Shown here one piece after another: positions 8,527 to 19,100 of a DNA stretch of 39,893 nucleotides; position 1 is the stretch's first letter; every line of letters starts with the position of its first letter. The notes below the pieces were generated by a model, which was not told the origin of the DNA, did not search any database, and worked only from the letters and a program-made list of their open reading frames with translations. Source of the DNA: Clostridia bacterium (GTDB lineage Bacteria; Bacillota; Clostridia; TANB77; CAG-508); the NCBI GenBank assembly GCA_022794095.1, contig JAAWEC010000100.1:1-39893 (forward strand). The letters are read 5' to 3'. The position numbers were made by a program, and so were the translations under genes.

Positions 8527-11500
8527 ATGAGTGATATTAGTGATATTAAAGGTGATTTTAATATAGATTTTGATTCAAATGATAATGCTGTTTTTAATGA
8601 TGTTTTACATGTTGGGCTTGATGTTGGTTCTACTACTGTTAAGATTATTGTTATGGATGGCTATAGGAATACTGTATATAAGGATTATAGGAGACATTTT
8701 TCGGATACGAAGAATACTGTTTGTGAGGTTTTGGAGGATTTGCTAAAGAGGTTTCCTTTGTGTTCGTTTACTTTGGCTCTTACGGGTTCAGGGGCTATGT
8801 CTGCTGCTAAGTTTTTGGGCGTTAGTTTTATTCAAGAGGTGGTTTCTTGTAAACGTGCAGTGGAGAGGTATATTCCGAAGACTGATGTTGTTATTGAGCT
8901 TGGAGGTGAGGATGCTAAGATTATTTATTTTGACCAGTCTATTGAGCAACGTATGAATGGGACTTGTGCTGGTGGTACTGGTGCATTTTTGGATCAGATG
9001 GCTTCTTTGCTTCATACGGATACTGCTGGTTTGAATGAATTGGCTAAGGGTTTTTCTACTATTTATCCTATTGCTTCTCGTTGTGGGGTTTTTGCTAAAA
9101 CTGATATTCAACCTTTGATTAATGAGGGGGCTGCTAGGGAAGATATTGCTGCTTCTATTTTTCAGGCTGTTGTTAATCAAACTATTAGTGGTTTGGCTTG
9201 TGGTAGACCTATTCGTGGGAATGTTGCTTTTTTGGGAGGTCCTCTTAATTATTTGTCTGAACTTAGGACAAGGTTTATTGAGACTCTTAATTTAAAAGAT
9301 GATGAAATCATTGTTCCTGATGAGGCTCATCTTTTGGTTGCAAAAGGCGCTGCTTTGGATTCTTTTAATTCTGATGAAATTACTACTAATGAATTGGAAG
9401 CCAAAATTGTTAATTTGAAAAATTCACATGATAATACTACACATCCTTTAGAACCTTTATTTAAAAATGAGAATGAGTATCAAGATTTCAAAAATCGACA
9501 TAATAATGCAAAGGTTGAAAAGGCTCAATTAGACGGTTATGAGGGTGATTGCTATCTTGGTATTGATGCTGGTTCTACTACTACTAAATTGGTTTTGATT
9601 GATAAAGATGGAAAACTTTTATATTCTCTTTATGGTAACAATGAAGGAAATCCTTTACAAAGTGTTATGAATATGTTAAAGGATTTATATAAAGTTTTGC
9701 CTGAAAAAGCAGTTTTAAGATACAGTGGTGTCACAGGATATGGTGAAAAGCTAATTCAAACTGCTTTAAATGTTGATTTAAATGAAATTGAAACTATTGC
9801 ACATTATACTGCTGCCAAAACTTTTGAGCCTAATGTTACAGCAATTGTAGATATTGGTGGTCAAGATATGAAGTATATTCGCATGAAAAATGGCTCAATT
9901 GATAACATAATGTTAAATGAAGCTTGTTCTTCTGGTTGTGGTTCTTTTATTGAAACATTTGCAAAAAGCTTAAACCTAGAGATTTCACAATTTGTTGAAG
10001 AAGCTATCAAGTCTAAAAGACCTGTTGACTTAGGTTCAAGATGTACTGTTTTTATGAACTCTAAAATTAAACAAGCACAAAAAGAAGGGTATTTGGTTGG
10101 AGACATTTCAAGTGGACTTTCTTATTCAGTTATTAAAAATGCAATTCAAAAAGTTATGAAGGTAAGAGATGTTGAAACTCTTGGTAAACATATTGTTGTT
10201 CAAGGTGGAACTTTTTATAATGATGCAGTTTTACGTGCTTTTGAATTGATTGTTGGCAAAAATGTTGTACGACCTGATATTTCTGGTCTTATGGGTGCAT
10301 ATGGTATGGCACTTTTATCAAAAGAACAATATGAAGCTAATTTGGATATGGAATACAAGTCTACTATTTTAAAGGAAAATGAGATAGATAATTTAAAGAT
10401 AAACATAACACATGCTCGTTGTAATAATTGTGAAAATCATTGTAAATTAACTATTAACAAGTTCAGCAATGGACAAATTCATGTATCTGGAAATCGTTGT
10501 GAAAAAGGTAGTGGCATGGTTACTAAAACACAAGAATTGCCAAACCTTATCCAATACAAACAAGATAGAATTTTTAATTATAAACCATTAGAGGAGCATT
10601 CTGCACCAAGAGGAATTATAGGTATTCCAAGAGTTTTAAATATGTATGAAGATTATCCATTTTGGTTCACTTTTCTAACATCTTTAGGTTTTCGTGTTAT
10701 TCTTTCTGAGAAAAGTACACGTAAAACATATGAAAAAGGAATGGAATCAATGCCATCTGAATCTGTTTGCTACCCAGCAAAACTTTCTCATGGTCATATC
10801 GAAAGCTTAATAGAACAAGGAATTACAACAATATTTTATCCTTGTATACCATATTCAAGAAAAGAATACGAAAAAGCAGATAATCACTATAACTGCCCTA
10901 TTGTAATTTCTTATTCTGAAGTACTTAAAAATAATGTTGAAGGACTAAAAAATGATAACATAAAGTTTATAAATCCATTTTTGCCATTTGAAAAGAAGAA
11001 CTTAGTTAAGAAAATAATGGAATTAAAAGAATTTGAAGAATATCATTTTACAAAAGCAGAACTCTTAAAAGCTGCTGAAAAAGCTGAATATGAATATCAA
11101 AAATGCAAAAAAGATATTAGAGATAAAGGGGCCAAAACTGTACGTTATTTAGAGGAAAATAATTTAAAAGGTATTGTTTTAGCAGGTAGACCATATCATG
11201 TTGACCCAGAAATAAATCACGGAATTGATACTTTAATTACATCTTTGGGGCTTAGTGTTTTAACAGAAGATAGCATTTGCGATAAAACAGAGGCAAAAAG
11301 ACCTATCCGTGTTGTAGACCAATGGGTATATCACGCAAGATTGTATGCAGCAGCAGATTTTGTTGGTAAACATGATTGTTTAGAACTTGTTCAATTAAAT
11401 TCTTTTGGCTGTGGTGTAGATGCTGTTACAACAGATCAAGTTGAAGAAATTTTAACAAGTTTTGGTAAGATGTATACTTTAATTAAGATAGATGAAGTTA

Positions 11501-12921
11501 ATAATTTAGGAGCTGTACGTATTCGTATTCGTTCACTTTTAGCTAGTATGAAGAAACGTGAGCAAGAAAAGTTTACAGAAAACCAAAATGGTGATTATGG
11601 CATTAAGAAAAAGATTTTTACTAAAGAAATGAAGAAAGATTACACAATTCTAATTCCACAAATGGCACCTATTCATTTTGAATTATTAGAAGCTGCTGTT
11701 CGTTCTTCTGGATATAATGTAGAATTGCTACGTGAATGTACTCAAAATACTGTCGAAACTGGTCTAAAATATGTAAACAATGATGCTTGTTACCCATCAA
11801 TCTTGGTTACTGGGCAAATGATTGAAGCTTTACAGTCTGGCAAATATGACTTAAATAAAACTGCTTTAATTATGTCACAAACTGGTGGTGGTTGTAGAGC
11901 TACAAATTACATTGGTTTTATACGTAAAGCTTTAAAAGATGCCGGTTTTGAGAATGTGCCTGTTATTTCTTTTAATATTGTTGGTATGGAAAAAATGCCT
12001 GGATTTAAGCTTACTGTTCCTTTAATGGAAAAGTTGCTTAAAATGTTGGTTTATGCAGATTTATTACAAAAAATGCTTACAAAGAATAGAGCTTATGAAG
12101 TACATAAAGGTGAAACACAAAAACTTTTTGATACTTGGCTAGAAAAATGTAAACTATTATTAGAAAAGTCTAATAATAAGGAGTTTAAACAAAGTATTTA
12201 TGACATTGTAAATGATTTTGAAAAAATCGAATTAGATACATCAATTGAAAAACCTCGTGTTGGTATTGTTGGTGAAGTTTTGATTAAGTATCATCCATTT
12301 GGTAATAACTATGTTGCAGACCTTTTAGAAAAAGAGGGGGCTGAGGTTATTTTACCTGATTTTATGGGATTTGCTAAATTTATGTGTACACACAAAATTA
12401 CTTTTAATAGTTTACTTAATACTAATAAAACTTCTTCTAAGATTATGAAAGCTGCAATTAAGTTGATTGATATTCTTGAAAAAGATGTTAAGATTGCTCT
12501 TTCTAATTCTAAAAAGGGTTATTTGCCACCTTGTGATATTTGGCATTTGGAAGAAAAGGTTAAAGATGTGTTGTCTATTGGGAATCAAACTGGTGAGGGT
12601 TGGTTTTTGACAGCTGAGATGATTGAGTATATTGAAAATGATATTCCAAATATTGTTTGTGTTCAACCTTTTGCTTGTTTGCCTAATCATGTTGTTGGTA
12701 AGGGTGTTATTAAGACTATTCGAGAGAAGTTCCCTGAGGCAAATATCTCTCCTGTTGATTATGACCCAGGTGCTAGTGAGGCTAATCAGACTAATAGGAT
12801 TAAACTTCTTATGACTGTTGCAAAAGATAATTTGCAGGCTAAACAAAATAGGAAAAGGGCTTTGGAGAATGAGGGCTTGGAGGAAAGTTTGGAGAAAAAA
12901 GAAGAAGAAAGCATTTCATAA
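8527..12921 (+). CDS. acyl-CoA dehydratase activase-related fusion protein (two BcrAD/BadFG-type ATPase modules plus Cys-rich linker plus two HgdB/DUF2229-like dehydratase-component modules)
   Basis: Two actin-fold ATPase starts (GLDVGSTTVKIIVMD and GIDAGSTTTKLVLID), a Cys cluster HARCNNCENHCK...GNRCEKG, then a long C-terminal region (CYPAKLSHGH, NSFGCGVD, NNDACYPS, TGGGCRATNY, VQPFACLPNHV). Start taken at the RBS-supported ATG 8527. Confidence 0.8.
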   Translation: MSDISDIKGDFNIDFDSNDNAVFNDVLHVGLDVGSTTVKIIVMDGYRNTVYKDYRRHFSDTKNTVCEVLEDLLKRFPLCSFTLALTGSGAMSAAKFLGVSFIQEVVSCKRAVERYIPKTDVVIELGGEDAKIIYFDQSIEQRMNGTCAGGTGAFLDQMASLLHTDTAGLNELAKGFSTIYPIASRCGVFAKTDIQPLINEGAAREDIAASIFQAVVNQTISGLACGRPIRGNVAFLGGPLNYLSELRTRFIETLNLKDDEIIVPDEAHLLVAKGAALDSFNSDEITTNELEAKIVNLKNSHDNTTHPLEPLFKNENEYQDFKNRHNNAKVEKAQLDGYEGDCYLGIDAGSTTTKLVLIDKDGKLLYSLYGNNEGNPLQSVMNMLKDLYKVLPEKAVLRYSGVTGYGEKLIQTALNVDLNEIETIAHYTAAKTFEPNVTAIVDIGGQDMKYIRMKNGSIDNIMLNEACSSGCGSFIETFAKSLNLEISQFVEEAIKSKRPVDLGSRCTVFMNSKIKQAQKEGYLVGDISSGLSYSVIKNAIQKVMKVRDVETLGKHIVVQGGTFYNDAVLRAFELIVGKNVVRPDISGLMGAYGMALLSKEQYEANLDMEYKSTILKENEIDNLKINITHARCNNCENHCKLTINKFSNGQIHVSGNRCEKGSGMVTKTQELPNLIQYKQDRIFNYKPLEEHSAPRGIIGIPRVLNMYEDYPFWFTFLTSLGFRVILSEKSTRKTYEKGMESMPSESVCYPAKLSHGHIESLIEQGITTIFYPCIPYSRKEYEKADNHYNCPIVISYSEVLKNNVEGLKNDNIKFINPFLPFEKKNLVKKIMELKEFEEYHFTKAELLKAAEKAEYEYQKCKKDIRDKGAKTVRYLEENNLKGIVLAGRPYHVDPEINHGIDTLITSLGLSVLTEDSICDKTEAKRPIRVVDQWVYHARLYAAADFVGKHDCLELVQLNSFGCGVDAVTTDQVEEILTSFGKMYTLIKIDEVNNLGAVRIRIRSLLASMKKREQEKFTENQNGDYGIKKKIFTKEMKKDYTILIPQMAPIHFELLEAAVRSSGYNVELLRECTQNTVETGLKYVNNDACYPSILVTGQMIEALQSGKYDLNKTALIMSQTGGGCRATNYIGFIRKALKDAGFENVPVISFNIVGMEKMPGFKLTVPLMEKLLKMLVYADLLQKMLTKNRAYEVHKGETQKLFDTWLEKCKLLLEKSNNKEFKQSIYDIVNDFEKIELDTSIEKPRVGIVGEVLIKYHPFGNNYVADLLEKEGAEVILPDFMGFAKFMCTHKITFNSLLNTNKTSSKIMKAAIKLIDILEKDVKIALSNSKKGYLPPCDIWHLEEKVKDVLSIGNQTGEGWFLTAEMIEYIENDIPNIVCVQPFACLPNHVVGKGVIKTIREKFPEANISPVDYDPGASEANQTNRIKLLMTVAKDNLQAKQNRKRALENEGLEESLEKKEEESIS

Positions 12922-12926
12922 TATAA

Positions 12927-12956
12927 AAGGCTAGGTTCTAAAACCTAGTCTTTTAC
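12927..12956 (+). terminator. intrinsic terminator of the activase-fusion gene
   Basis: AAGGCTAGGTTctaaAACCTAGTCTTTT directly after the stop at 12921. Confidence 0.75.
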
Positions 12957-13000
12957 TTTTATTTCTCTAATTTGATTTTCTAAATCTTTTAATTCTGTAT

Positions 13001-13853
13001 TTAAAATTTATCTTTCAAATACTTTTTCATTTGCTCATACCCCAACTGATACAATTCGTCAATCTTTTTCATATCTAATAATCCAACCTTTTCACTTTTT
13101 ATTTTTAAGACTTCATCTGCCCCTTCCATCTCATAATTTGACAATTCTTTACATAAAAGTCCAATTGAACGACCTGCCACTTCCACTAGATTTCTATCGC
13201 AATTTAAGTCCACTTCATCATCAAACATTATACTAAGAACATTTTTAGCACCTAGTTCTTTTAATTCTTTCCATGGCACATTTTCTCGAATTCCACCATC
13301 AATTAATTTAGTTTTTTTATAAGGACATGGAGAAAAAACAACTGGATAACTACAACTTGCTCTTACAGCTTTTCCAATTTCAATATCATTTACAAATATT
13401 GTTTTATTTGAAATTTCTCTAAATTCACATGATGTAAAGCAATAAACAGTACCGTTACATAAATCGACACTTGGAATTGCTAATGGCATTTTAATGTCTG
13501 ATATTGTTATAATATTTTTTGTTTTTGCTATTTTGTCTATTAATTTTTCAATTTGTTTTCCACTATTCAATCCCTCTATTACAATTCGTCCTGTAAAAAT
13601 AAGCCCAATTATTAATTTAAAAATATTCAAAATGTCAACATATTTTATTTTTTTACAGTATTTTTTGAATATTTTATACATCTCATCTGCATTAAATCCC
13701 ATTGCATAAAGACATGCTACTATGCTTCCGTGATGATGTTCCTCCTACATATTCAAATTTTATGTTACTCTCTTCCAGTGCTTTTATTGCACCAATGTGT
13801 GCAGCTCCTTTTACTCCTCCACCTGCTAAACATAAGCCTTTCTTTTCTTCCAT
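13001..13853 (-). CDS. patatin-like phospholipase; needs a +1 shift at CGG-A (13730..13727)
   Basis: GGAGGAG RBS then ATG 13853. [28 protein letters not shown] (oxyanion GGG), then [17 protein letters not shown] (the GxSxG nucleophile elbow) spans the shift. The DGG motif (LIDGGIREN) lies in ORF 13001..13702. Confidence 0.85.
13727..13730 (-). other. recoding site: in-frame CGG followed by A; the +1 GGA supplies the second Gly of the patatin GxSxG motif
   Basis: Minus strand: gga gga aca tca tca C GGA agc ata gta gca tgt ctt tat gca atg gga ttt. Confidence 0.8.
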
Positions 13854-13942
13854 AAACTCCTCCTAACATATATCACATTTTATGAATAAATATGTTGAAA
13901 CGTGCTTGGTTTTATGATATAGTATTTTTGAAAGGATTAAAA

Positions 13943-14599
13943 ATGGAAAAAAACTATTATGATATTTTACAAGTTAATAAAAATGCTTCTCCTGAAATTA
14001 TAGAAAAAGCTTATAAAGTTTTAGCAAAAAAATATCATCCAGATTTGCAAAAAGAAAAAGATAAAAAAGAAGCAGAAGAAATTTTAAAAGAAATTAATGA
14101 GGCATATGACGTTTTGTCAAATTCAGAGAAAAAGAATAATTATGATAATTTATTAAAAGAAAAAGAGGAATTAGAAAATAATCAAAAGTTTCAACAACAA
14201 AATAATTCAAATAATTCTAATGATTATCAAAATACATATACTTCAAATATTTCTAAAGATGAGCTTCTTCGTAGACAAGAGATTATACAAAAGCAACAGC
14301 AATATAATAAGCAGGTAGCAGAACAATTAAAACATGAACAGGAATTAGCTTATCAAGAACAACTACAATATGCTAGACAAAAGGCTTACCATGATGCTTA
14401 TATTCAAGATTTGAAAAATCGTGGTTATAAAATTCGCTATAAAAAGAGTTTTAAAGATTACATAAATGGATTTATTGCACTGGCAATTACTATACTAATT
14501 TTGTTTTTCATTTATCAGATTCCTTTTGTGAAAAGTTATTTTTGGAATTTATATAATGAGAATGAACTCGTACACTTCATTCGAAACATACTTAACTAA
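13943..14599 (+). CDS. J-domain (DnaJ-like) protein with Gln/Asn-rich linker and C-terminal TM segment
   Basis: NYYDILQVNKNASPEIIEKAYKVLAKKYHPDLQ (HPD motif) and C-terminal FIALAITILILFFIYQIPF. ATG 13943 preferred over 13892. Confidence 0.75.
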   Translation: MEKNYYDILQVNKNASPEIIEKAYKVLAKKYHPDLQKEKDKKEAEEILKEINEAYDVLSNSEKKNNYDNLLKEKEELENNQKFQQQNNSNNSNDYQNTYTSNISKDELLRRQEIIQKQQQYNKQVAEQLKHEQELAYQEQLQYARQKAYHDAYIQDLKNRGYKIRYKKSFKDYINGFIALAITILILFFIYQIPFVKSYFWNLYNENELVHFIRNILN

Positions 14600-14610
14600 A
14601 TCAATCAAAA

Positions 14611-14754
14611 AGAACAAAAGAGGCATGATTAAGATTTTATGACCTTTTAGATAACTTTTCATGCCTCGTCTTTGTTCTCCCTCGAAAATTGCAAAACAAT
14701 TTTCTGTGGAACGCTTGATATTATAGGAAGTTCAAAGAACTTTCCTATATTATC
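14611..14754 (+). repeat. structured intergenic repeat element, copy B (three hairpins)
   Basis: Stem 1 is 14611-14628 / 14659-14678. Stem 2 is 14684-14704 (GAAAATTG caaaa CAATTTTC). Stem 3 is the palindromic unit at 14716-14754 (GATATTATAGGAAGTTC aaa GAACTTTCCTATATTATC). Collinear with copy A, with compensatory stem changes. Confidence 0.65.
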
Positions 14755-14804
14755 AAAATGATGTATTTTTCTCCAGTCCTAAAATACCTCAAACACAATT
14801 GCCA

Positions 14805-14845
14805 AAAATAGGATTTTGGAGCTATTCCAAAATCCTATTTTTTTC
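14805..14845. terminator. strong bidirectional intrinsic terminator between the J-domain gene/element B (+) and the T4SS-like operon (-)
   Basis: AAAATAGGATTTTGGA gctat TCCAAAATCCTATTTT: stem of about 15 bp, A-run upstream and TTTTT downstream. Confidence 0.8.
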
Positions 14846-14877
14846 GACAATAATCCTGACACAAACGAGACCTGTCC

Positions 14878-16176
14878 CTACTGTGTCACATCAAATGACA
14901 TTACAAATTCGTAATTTTCTTTTAGTTGCATTATTAGAGTTATTTGTTTTTCATTTTTGTCTTCTCCTGTTATGTCACTTAAAGAAATGTCTAAAGTGTA
15001 TGTTCCTCTTTCTTCTGTAAAATCACTGTATTGTGATTTATAATGTAAAGGATAATTTTCTCTCATATAGTTTTCAAATTGCTCAACTGTTCCAAATTTG
15101 TTGTTTCTAAAGTTTTGGTCTAATACATTATATGCTGCTGTGTAATCTCTATTGTTTAACATTTGTATCCATTTGTCAGCATTCATTATTACTTTGTTTT
15201 GATCTTTTGATTTGTCATATTCTTGTTTGAATTTTTCTGTTATTATTGTATATGTATCTAATTTTACTGTGTAGTCTAGTATTTTGTTTTCTTTAAATAT
15301 GTAATAATTTTGGTATTGGTCTAAGCAAATGTATTCTATGTAATCTTCATACATATTTGATTGGTATTTGTTAAAAGCATATTTTTTTATGTCATCTTTA
15401 TTTTTTTCTATATATTGTTTGAAGTTTTCTAAGTTTCCAAATCTTGCTTCTTTATATTCTTTGTCTAAATATTGATATGCAACTTCTGGTAACGACAAAC
15501 ATAATCGTTTGAAGTCTACATAGTATTTATTAGATATATTTTCTAAGTTTACTTGTACTGATTTTATTTTGTTGTATTGTTTTTCTTCTATTTTTTCTAT
15601 TTGTTGTATATTGTTTTCTAAGTTTTCATATTTTTCTTTGCTTGGTTCTATTGCAAACAACATTGTAGATGGTTCTATGTAAACAATATATCTTTCAACA
15701 GATGTTTTTTCATAATTTAGGTTTTCAACAATTCCTTCTGCAATAAATATGCTTATGTCTTCTCTTTTTATCCTTTTAATATGTATTGGTATAAAAACCA
15801 TTTTTTCTTCATATTTTTTTATTTTTTCTTCTATATTTTTTGTTGTTATATTATTGTTTTTTATATAATTGTCACTTAATAGTTCATATAAAATTTCATT
15901 TTCTTCTATTACTTTTCCACTACTTCCATAATATGATGAGTTGTTTTTGTTTGCATAATCTATATATGCTTGGATTGCATTAGTTACATAATTGAATTCA
16001 TATCTTTCTAATTCTATACTTTGTTGATATTCTATTCCTTCTTTGTCTTGTGGTGTGAATAACATTTTTTGCTCTTCTTTGTTTTTTACTTTTAGCATAA
16101 TAATAGCAATAATTATTGCTATTATTATTACAAGACTAAATATGATTAAATATTTTAATTTTTTTGTTTCTTTCAT
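14878..16176 (-). CDS. hypothetical N-terminally membrane-anchored protein (last gene of the T4SS-like operon)
   Basis: 432 aa with one N-terminal TM (LIIFSLVIIIAIIIAIIML) and a Lys/Glu/Tyr/Asn-rich extracytoplasmic part. AGGAGG-like RBS (AAAGGAGGTCACAT) before the ATG. No family recognised. Confidence 0.6.
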   Translation of the reverse strand: MKETKKLKYLIIFSLVIIIAIIIAIIMLKVKNKEEQKMLFTPQDKEGIEYQQSIELERYEFNYVTNAIQAYIDYANKNNSSYYGSSGKVIEENEILYELLSDNYIKNNNITTKNIEEKIKKYEEKMVFIPIHIKRIKREDISIFIAEGIVENLNYEKTSVERYIVYIEPSTMLFAIEPSKEKYENLENNIQQIEKIEEKQYNKIKSVQVNLENISNKYYVDFKRLCLSLPEVAYQYLDKEYKEARFGNLENFKQYIEKNKDDIKKYAFNKYQSNMYEDYIEYICLDQYQNYYIFKENKILDYTVKLDTYTIITEKFKQEYDKSKDQNKVIMNADKWIQMLNNRDYTAAYNVLDQNFRNNKFGTVEQFENYMRENYPLHYKSQYSDFTEERGTYTLDISLSDITGEDKNEKQITLIMQLKENYEFVMSFDVTQ

Positions 16177-16194
16177 ATGTGACCTCCTTTTAAA

Positions 16195-19100
16195 TTACGG
16201 TCTTCTAAATACTTGTATTCCTGGCCAATTTGCATAATAATTCCAATTACCACTTGGCTCAATTGTGTGATTTTGTTGTGCACAAGCTTCATCATAAACA
16301 CCATTTCCCCCTGCGTAAATCATTACGTGATATCCATAAGCATTTACAACATCTCCTGGTTGTGCTTCAGACGGGTCTACTTGTACCCATCCAGCAGCTG
16401 GTAACATATCTGGGAAACCTCCTGCTCCTGTAAAGTGATAATTATATGCATTTATTTGGTCCTCTGTTAAAGCTCCTGCTCTATATAAAACTACTGCAAC
16501 ATATGTAGCACATACATATTGTGTATCTGATTCAGATGTCTTTTTTATGTCCCCCCATGTTTGTGGACCATATGTGTTACCTTTGTCTATCATTTCTTGT
16601 AATACTGCTCTTGCTGTTTGTATAATATCATCTGAACTTCCTCCACCTTTAAATGATGATAATTCTCTGTCTTTAAACATATCATAATATTTTCTAGCAG
16701 CAGCTGTTCTTTCTTCCATTCTTGGAATTCCTGGTTTTTCGAATATCCAACAAAATGCAACTGCTGCATCTTCTGGTGTAGAAGCATTTTCCCAATCATT
16801 TAATGAATATCCTCCATAGCTTGTTAATGCATAAGTTGCAAATCCATCTGCTCCTCCTCCTGGTGTCATTTCACCTATTAAAAATTGAATTTGGATATTT
16901 TCATCAGTCCATTCTTTTCCTTTAGATGCTGCATATTGTTCTAATGCTGTTCTTCTTTCAAAAGACCATTGACATAAACCTATTCCTATTCCTGTTCCAC
17001 CTTCTATAATTCCTGCATTAAATCCTGATTCTGCTTCAATGTTTCCTAATACTCCTGCTGCTGCTTCTTTGCTATATCCTGCATTTATAACTGCTACCCA
17101 AACTTTTTCTTGTATTGTTCCTCCATAAATTCCTCCTAGTGCACCAGCAAATCCTTTTATATCATATTCTGAAAATTTGTATTCATACACACCATATCCT
17201 ATTCCTGTTGCTTTCCATATTAGGTATTTTGTTAAATCAACCATATTTGCTGTTCTTTCATTTTTTTCTAAAATATCAAATAAATAATAATCTCTAACAT
17301 ATACATATGCTTTTGTTTCTTGATAAATTTTAACAAATTTGTTTGAATTTTCCTCTACTTTACCTTTACCATCTTCATATTTTATGTTTAGCCTTCTTGT
17401 AGTTGTCGCAGTTTGTTGATATGTTGTATAATTTTCTCTGATTTTATTACCTTTTTCATCTATATCTGTTATTACTCCACTATCTACAATATTTTCACCT
17501 ATAGATGTACTTTCTGTTTCATCTACTTTTCCTTTTATGTTAATAATTTTTTCTGTTTCTCCTTGTTGCCATCCTAATTCTTCATCACTGTATGTATTAT
17601 TTTCTTTTGCATATTTAACACACCATGCATCTGCATATGTAATTTCTATTTTGGTTGTACAATTTTCTGTTGTTTGTGTTGTTGTTCCTTTTTGACTCCA
17701 ACCACTAGATGCTCCATTTTCCATATCTGTTTTTTGTGATGTTGTTGTTGTATTTTGTGTTGTTGTAACATTGTCTTGGATTGCTACTATAATTTCTGTA
17801 TCCATTACTGCTTCTGCTAGTTTTTCTGAGAAATTTCTTTCATTAGTATTTATGTAAAGATATAATAGGTATTCATATGGCATTGTGTAATTTTTTAATG
17901 CTGTTTTTAAATCTATTTTAGATGTATTTTCTTTTATTTGAGTTTGTCCACCTGCTCCTGAATTCCATGTTGCAATTATAATCTTTCCCTCTTCATCTAT
18001 TGTATATTTTTTTAATGCTTCTGCATTACCACTGTTAATTAACTCTTCAAATTCTTCTTTTGATACATATTTCAAATTCATTATTTTAGATTCGATTAAT
18101 GTTTGTGTTTTATTGTCATCAACATTAGTTGCTGTATATCCTGAATGGTCTGCTTTTAAATATTCTAAAATACCATTTACAATTCCTTGTGCACATTTGT
18201 CTGTACCATCTCCTCGAAGCATTGTTGAATCTGGCTCTCCATCAAGAAAACCACCTTCTGTTACAACAGATGGAAAACCTGATGTAGCAGCATTTTCAAT
18301 TATACCCAAATTTCCAATTGCTGTTCTTTCTACATCTGAACCTGCTCCTTTGTTAGGTAATCCCATTGAACTTGCCATTCCATCTGATAAAAACTCAGCA
18401 AGTTGTTGTGATATTCCATCCCCTGCTTTATAAATTGCTTGTACACCACTACCTCCTCCTGCATCATAATGTATTTGTATACATAAGTCTGGATTTGCAT
18501 CTTTTGCAAGTCTTGTTCTATCTCCAACAGTTATTCCTGATGGATTAGCTGATGTACTTCCTACTTGAACTACTTTAATGTTTTTATATTTTTTTAATAG
18601 TTGCTCAACTTTTTCTGCTGTTCTTATGGTAAGTTCTTCTTCTTTTAGTGTTCCATCTGGACTTCTTGCTCCTGTATCATCTGAATTATTGTGTCCTGCT
18701 GCAATTGCTATTACATATTCTTCATCTTTATCTTTTCCTGCATATTCTGCTTTGTCATCATCTGCTCTTGATGTAATAGTTCTTTCTTTTCTTGTTTTTG
18801 AAACTTTTGTGTCATCCTCTTTTTCTTTTTTCTCAGTTGTTCCAGTTGCTTTTACATTTTCTGCCCTAACGAATTTCTTTTCTTCTTTATGTTCAATTTC
18901 TACATAAATAACTACTTCTTTTGTTAGTGGATTTGTTGCTTTTTTATATGTTCCTGTGTAAGTGACAGATGTCCCTTGTTCAATTGTTTCATATTCATTT
19001 AGTAACTCATTTCCATTTTCTGATACTTTATGTTTTTTATCCCATTTTCCTGTATCTTTATCTGGGTTCAATTTCGATTCTGCTTGTTCATAAACTGTTG

